Shown one piece after another: positions 59,714 through 64,000 of a stretch of 64,000 bases of DNA. Origin of the DNA: an uncultured delta proteobacterium (lineage in GTDB: Bacteria > Desulfobacterota > Desulfobaccia > Desulfobaccales > 0-14-0-80-60-11). Positions within the stretch are counted from its first letter, which is position 1; every line of letters starts with the position of its first letter. Both the position numbers and the translations under genes were made by a program. Under the pieces are notes generated by a model that saw nothing but the letters and a program-made list of their open reading frames with translations, searched no databases and was not told the origin of the DNA. The DNA is taken from positions 2,764-66,763 of the forward strand of contig CAVVFW010000003.1 in assembly GCA_963747645.1 (NCBI GenBank). Reading direction: 5' to 3'.

Positions 59714-61243
59714 TCAAACTCCGGCGCCGATACGAGCCAGCGGCTTCATCTGAAGATTCAAGGACTCACGCAGTTGGGCCGGAATGCCGGTGGCCTGGAA
59801 CAGGGAGCGCACCCCTAACTTGACGAGAATCTGATGGATCAGGAGCAAGTGTTGCCAGTAGGGCTTGGGGACGGGGAAGACTTTCCTGGTGATCCCGAAT
59901 ATCTTGGAGAGGGGAAGATACTTTTCCATATCACCTAAAGCAATCTCGGGCCAGCGGTTGGCAGCCTGGTACAACTGACGCATCGTCTGATCCAGGTCAA
60001 GCTGCCGGGACAGATACCACAGCGGCCTGAGCGGATCGCTCTGGTCGTGAATGAGGCCCTCCTCCAGGGCGATTTGCCAGAGCTTGGTGCCGGGATAGAC
60101 TCTCACCCCTAAAAAGATATTGGCCATGTTGTGAGGTAGCCCTACCGGCCGAACCAAGTAGCGCCCAATGAATTCCAGGGTTTCCTGGAGGGTCTGAGAG
60201 GTTTCGCCCGGACCCCCGACGAGAAAATACCAGAGCACCGGGAAAGAAAACTGGTTGATGGCCTCGGCGGCCCGACGCAGATCCTCTAAACTGAACCCCT
60301 TCCGATAATTGGTGAGCATGGTTTCAGAGGCCGACTCAGGTGAGATCATAAACGAGGTGAACCCGGCCCGCTTCATGAGTTGCAGGAATTTGGCATCCAG
60401 ATTTTTGGGGCTCACGCCCATGGTGCTGAAACGGGCTTTCCAGGGCCGCCGGATGATTTCTTCAAGAATTGCCTGGCAATGGCCCACCGGGTCATTAAAG
60501 ACGGAGTCCACGAATTCGAAAGACTCGGGCCTGAATTGATAGAACGCCTCCTCGATCTCATCCACCACGTCGGACGGTTCCCGCAACCGAAGATGGTGGC
60601 CTTCCAGCACCGTGTTATAGGTGCAATAGATGCACTGCATCCGGCAGCCGCGCTTGGTTTGCACGGTATAACTGACCCCCACCTTTTCATAAGGCGCGAG
60701 GTCCAGCCATCTTGAGAGGCGCGGATTTCCCGAGGGGAAGGAGGTTAATTGGGGCGGAGTCAGATGAAACTTCCCCTGGCGCCGCATCCCCACTCCCGGG
60801 ATATCGGCAGGAGATACCCCCCGCTCCAGGGCTCCCAGGAGGCCCACAAAACTCTTTTCCCCCTCGGATACGATAATATAATCACCGTGCAGAAATTCCA
60901 GGACGCCTCGGGGATCAAGACTGGCTCCCGAGCCTCCCAGCACTAAGGGAGCGGCGGTTAATGCCCGGATCTGCTGCACAATCTTGAGCGCCGAGGGGAG
61001 GTAAAAAATCGGGCGGACCATGTTGGCGTTATCGAGATTCCTCAAGGAAACGCCGATTACCTGGGGAGAGAAGCCGATGATGGCTTTTTCCAGTTCCGGC
61101 TGGATGTGCCGCTTAAAGCAGAGGTCAAGAACTTTCACGTCATGACCGGCCGCCTCAGCGGCGCTGGCCACATAGCAGAGACCGATGGGGGGTGCGGCTA
61201 ATATGTCATCCTTCAGGTTGCTGTTAATTAAGAGAACCCGCAT
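59714..61243 (-). CDS. B12-binding-domain radical SAM protein (class B)
   Basis: N-terminal Rossmann-like B12 domain (RVLLINSN...PPIGLCYVASAA) and CRMQCIYC (CxxxCxxC). Confidence 0.85.
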   Translation of the reverse strand: MRVLLINSNLKDDILAAPPIGLCYVASAAEAAGHDVKVLDLCFKRHIQPELEKAIIGFSPQVIGVSLRNLDNANMVRPIFYLPSALKIVQQIRALTAAPLVLGGSGASLDPRGVLEFLHGDYIIVSEGEKSFVGLLGALERGVSPADIPGVGMRRQGKFHLTPPQLTSFPSGNPRLSRWLDLAPYEKVGVSYTVQTKRGCRMQCIYCTYNTVLEGHHLRLREPSDVVDEIEEAFYQFRPESFEFVDSVFNDPVGHCQAILEEIIRRPWKARFSTMGVSPKNLDAKFLQLMKRAGFTSFMISPESASETMLTNYRKGFSLEDLRRAAEAINQFSFPVLWYFLVGGPGETSQTLQETLEFIGRYLVRPVGLPHNMANIFLGVRVYPGTKLWQIALEEGLIHDQSDPLRPLWYLSRQLDLDQTMRQLYQAANRWPEIALGDMEKYLPLSKIFGITRKVFPVPKPYWQHLLLIHQILVKLGVRSLFQATGIPAQLRESLNLQMKPLARIGAGV

Positions 61244-61535
61244 TGAATTGATCCATCGGCTGGGTGGATTTAAAGATTCCCGGTTTTCCGGGTGATCAGG
61301 CTTGCCGCCCCCGGCTCTTACTGCGATGCCTGCTTAAATTATAACGAAGGCGGGCCAAAAATGACAGGTCTTCGCCCCCAGAAGAAGCAAGAATGAGGAG
61401 TTGCCTGGCCTGCCTGGTCCGGGGTAGAAAGCGCCGAAGGGCAATGCCGGCCTCCTGGCGGGCTTACGTTTATGGAAAATCAAATTCCTGGCCGGAGTCA
61501 ACCCCGGGCCGGCGGCGGGCCAGGCGCCAAATGCC

Positions 61536-63228
61536 TCAGGGATGATTGACCAGCAGGCGCTTGCCCGGCAGGGTCAGGGCGGTAGTGGCGCCTTGCAGGA
61601 AAGGCTCCGGCGGCGTGGCGTTGTCCAGGAGCAAAAAGACTTTCCGGGGGCCCTGCCACAGCTCCTCGAAGTCGTTCCGGAGTGATGATGTAGTCCGAGG
61701 CGGGGGGCACCGGGTAAGGAAACTGGGGCAGGCCGTGCCGCTTGACCATGAGGATATGGCGCCGGGCGTAATATTCCAGGGAGGCCCCGTATTCAAACTC
61801 TTCGATGGGCCCCATGATGAGCAGGTCCTGGGGAGAGGCTACCCGCCGGACGTATTCCCCCGGCGGTTTGGTCGCACATCAGGGGAGTGAGAATCATCAA
61901 GGTCTGGAAGGTAAACCAGGCAATAGCCACGGCCAGGACGCCGTAGGCGGCCACGGCCAGGCGGGGGCGCCGGAGCCGGGCGGCCAGGAACCCCGCCAGG
62001 GCCACCGCCGGAATGAACCAGGTGGCCTGCCGGGCCAGGGGCGCGATGAGGCTGACCATGCCGCTGAACTCCCGGCGGTTGTCCACGCAGACCTGCTCCA
62101 GGTAAGGGCAGCAGCACCAGGAGCGAGAGGCCCAGCAGGCCCAGGGCCAAGAGGGTCCAGGGGATGAGCCGGTCTCCCGGGGTGTCCAGATACCGCTGGA
62201 GGCGCCACCCCAAAATCAGGGCCAGGGCCGGCAAGGCCGGCAGGGAATAATATTCGATGCGGCTGGACGACAGGGTGAAAAATCCCAGGATGACCACAGC
62301 CCAGATGAGGAGCAGCCGCCCCGGGGCCCCCACTTCCCGGCCGGGACGGGTGGCCGGCCAGAAACGGTAGAGGGCGTCCGGCAGGATGAAGGTCCAGGGC
62401 ATCAGCCAGATGCCCAGAAAGACATAAAACCCGGCGAGGGTAAAGGAGTTGACGTCCGGGGGCTCCCGCCGGCCTAAAAACCGCATGATCTGTTCGTTGA
62501 CGATCTGGAACTTGAGAAAGCCGGGATTGGCCGACTCCGTGGCCCAACCCCAGGCAACCAGCAGGATGGCTGCCAGGGCGATCCCCCCGGGGGAGAACAA
62601 CAGCTTGAGGAGACGGCGCTCCCTCAGGTGCCAGGCATAGAGGAGGCCGATCAAACCCGGAAAGACGACCCCGATGAAACCCTTGCTGAGAAACCCGGCC
62701 ACCAGGGCCAGAAAAAACAGGGCCGTCCACCGGAAGCCCGGCTGGGCCTCCCAGCGCAGCAGGCCATACAACGCCGCCAGGAGGGACAGGGTAACCAGGT
62801 GATCGGTGAGAATCAGCAGGTGCAGGACGAAAAAGCCGATGCAGGTGAGGAGGATGAATCCCCCCAGCCAGGCGGCCATCCGGCCCACCAGGCGGCAGCC
62901 GATGAGGTAGGTCAGCCAGACCTCCCCCACGGTTATGGCCAGGGTGGGGACCCGGGCGCTCCAGTCCGAGATCCCCAGGAGCTTGTAGCCCAGCATGTTG
63001 AGCCAGTAGAGCAGGTGGGGCTTGTCCAGGTAGGGCGCCCCGTTGAGGGTGGGGGTCAGCCAGGACCCCGCGGCCAGCATTTCCCGGGGGATCAAGGCGT
63101 ACATGGCCTCGGACCGCCAGAAGGGGAGCTGCCAGAAGAGGGGCAGGTATAACCCCAGACAAAGCAGCTACCAGGGTAGCGCCGTTCATCAGGCGAGGGG
63201 CGGCGGGCGGGCTTAAGGGGCGTTCCAC
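61536..63228 (-). pseudogene. GT39 (ArnT/PMT-like) membrane glycosyltransferase with about four frame breaks
   Basis: Five pieces lie in different frames:
1. MNGATLVAA.
2. LCLGLYLPLFWQLPFWRSEAMYALIPREML....LLVLLPLP.
3. LEQVCVDNRREFSGMV...LMILTPLM.
4. KPPGEYVRRVASPQDLLIMGPIEEFEYGASLEYY...
5. NDFEELWQGPRKVFLLLDN...VNHP.

Breaks lie near 63150, 62093, 61878 and 61690. Confidence 0.7.
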
Positions 63229-63281
63229 GGCGTCATAGGCTCATTGATGGCCGGGTTGGATGAAAGAGGCTGGATATCCGT

Positions 63282-63306
63282 AGGGGCGACCCGGTGGGTC
63301 GCCCCT
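63282..63306. repeat. REP-like GC hairpin
   Basis: AGGGGCGACCC-GGT-GGGTCGCCCCT, preceded by CCGT. Confidence 0.8.
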
Positions 63307-63348
63307 CAGTTTACCTCTGGAAATATCACCATTTCATGAACATTGCTG

Positions 63349-64000
63349 CTAACCGGCAGAGCGGCTCCAACCGGTCAGGTAAGATTCCACCGGAGCATGG
63401 TCCAGATATCCTTCAGGCCGCCCATCTGCGCGCACCACCGTGGGTTCGAACCCGGAATGCATCATGCACTGGGCGCAGCGAGGGTCCCGGCCTACTCCGT
63501 AATCCTCCCACCGGGTCTTGTGCATCATGTCGGCAAACGTGGGGTAGTGGGTGTCCACGATCTGGTAGCAGGGGGCCCGCCAGCCCATGGGGTTGCGGGT
63601 GGGGTTGGCCCAGGGGGTGCATTCGTAGTCCCGTTCCCCCCGGAGGAAGCTCAGGTACAGAGGCGTGCTGAAGAACTTGAAATGGTTGCCGTTGCCGGTT
63701 AAGCGGCTGAACTTGTCGTTGATTTCGTCCCGGCTGAGAAACATCTCGTCATCGACCCCGGCGAAGCTGAAGGCCGGGGACACCAGGAGGCCGTCCACGC
63801 CGATATGCCCCAGGTAGGAGAAGAGAATCTCGATCTCCTGGATGTCGGTGGTCTTGTAAATGGTGGTGTTGGTGCAGACCCGGAACCCCTGGGCCTTGGC
63901 GGCCTTGATGGCCTTGATGGCCAGGTTGAACAGCCCTTGGCGCCCCAGCAGCCGGTCATGGGTGGGGGCGAGGCCGTCCACGTGGAGGCTCAGGGTCAGC
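63349..64000 (-). CDS. hpnH: adenosyl-hopene transferase (radical SAM), C-terminal part; the gene continues beyond the window end
   Basis: The frame is open to base 64000. FRVCTNTTIYK, SPAFSF, FFSTPLYLSFLRGERDYECTPW, NPMGWRAPCY and CAQCMMHSGFEP match HpnH as I recall it. Confidence 0.75.
   Translation of the reverse strand, partial: LTLSLHVDGLAPTHDRLLGRQGLFNLAIKAIKAAKAQGFRVCTNTTIYKTTDIQEIEILFSYLGHIGVDGLLVSPAFSFAGVDDEMFLSRDEINDKFSRLTGNGNHFKFFSTPLYLSFLRGERDYECTPWANPTRNPMGWRAPCYQIVDTHYPTFADMMHKTRWEDYGVGRDPRCAQCMMHSGFEPTVVRADGRPEGYLDHAPVESYLTGWSRSAG

Overview
GC-rich chromosomal segment that reads like an anaerobic Desulfobacterota-type genome; the taxon is inferred from gene content only. No CRISPR array, rRNA gene, intact tRNA gene or intact transposase or integrase is visible.

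Gene content, left to right:
- A frameshifted M23 peptidase.
- A sigma-54 response regulator coupled to agmatinase, then a frameshifted deoxyhypusine-synthase-like gene.
- A minus-strand block: cation transporter, alpha/beta hydrolase, TauE, DUF202.
- An E. coli Hyd-2-like hybOABC [NiFe] hydrogenase operon. hybD is separated from it by opposite-strand genes for a cytochrome c and a Tat-signal hemerythrin-like protein.
- An HDAC-family gene.
- A PAS/sigma-54 activator divergent from a consensus sigma-54 promoter. That promoter drives a TusA-like / MetF-like / tandem HdrA / MvhD / MetV / MetF cluster, followed by two-component genes and an HdrD-like protein.
- A block of mostly decayed accessory genes: AlkA, ADH, DUF1499, hydrolase, RidA, two SDRs and an NMT1-like protein.
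- glgX, an aldo/keto reductase, an OsmC-like gene and a YHS protein.
- A copper module: multicopper oxidase, CusB carrying four YHS domains, and CusA.
- A frameshifted PEP-CTERM protein.
- A 2.7-kb poorly coding stretch with a tRNA 3'-end-like fragment and 21-bp iterated repeats.
- A B12-radical SAM gene, a heavily frameshifted GT39 gene and the 3' part of hpnH.

Most notable observations:
1. An in-frame TGA sits exactly on the second Cys of the RxCGxC metal-ligand motif of the hydrogenase large subunit.
2. A second in-frame TGA sits on the catalytic Cys of the OsmC-like gene. Together the two suggest selenocysteine decoding.
3. About 18 frameshifts are concentrated in 9 genes, while the five longest genes are intact.

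Several families of intergenic palindromic repeats are also present.
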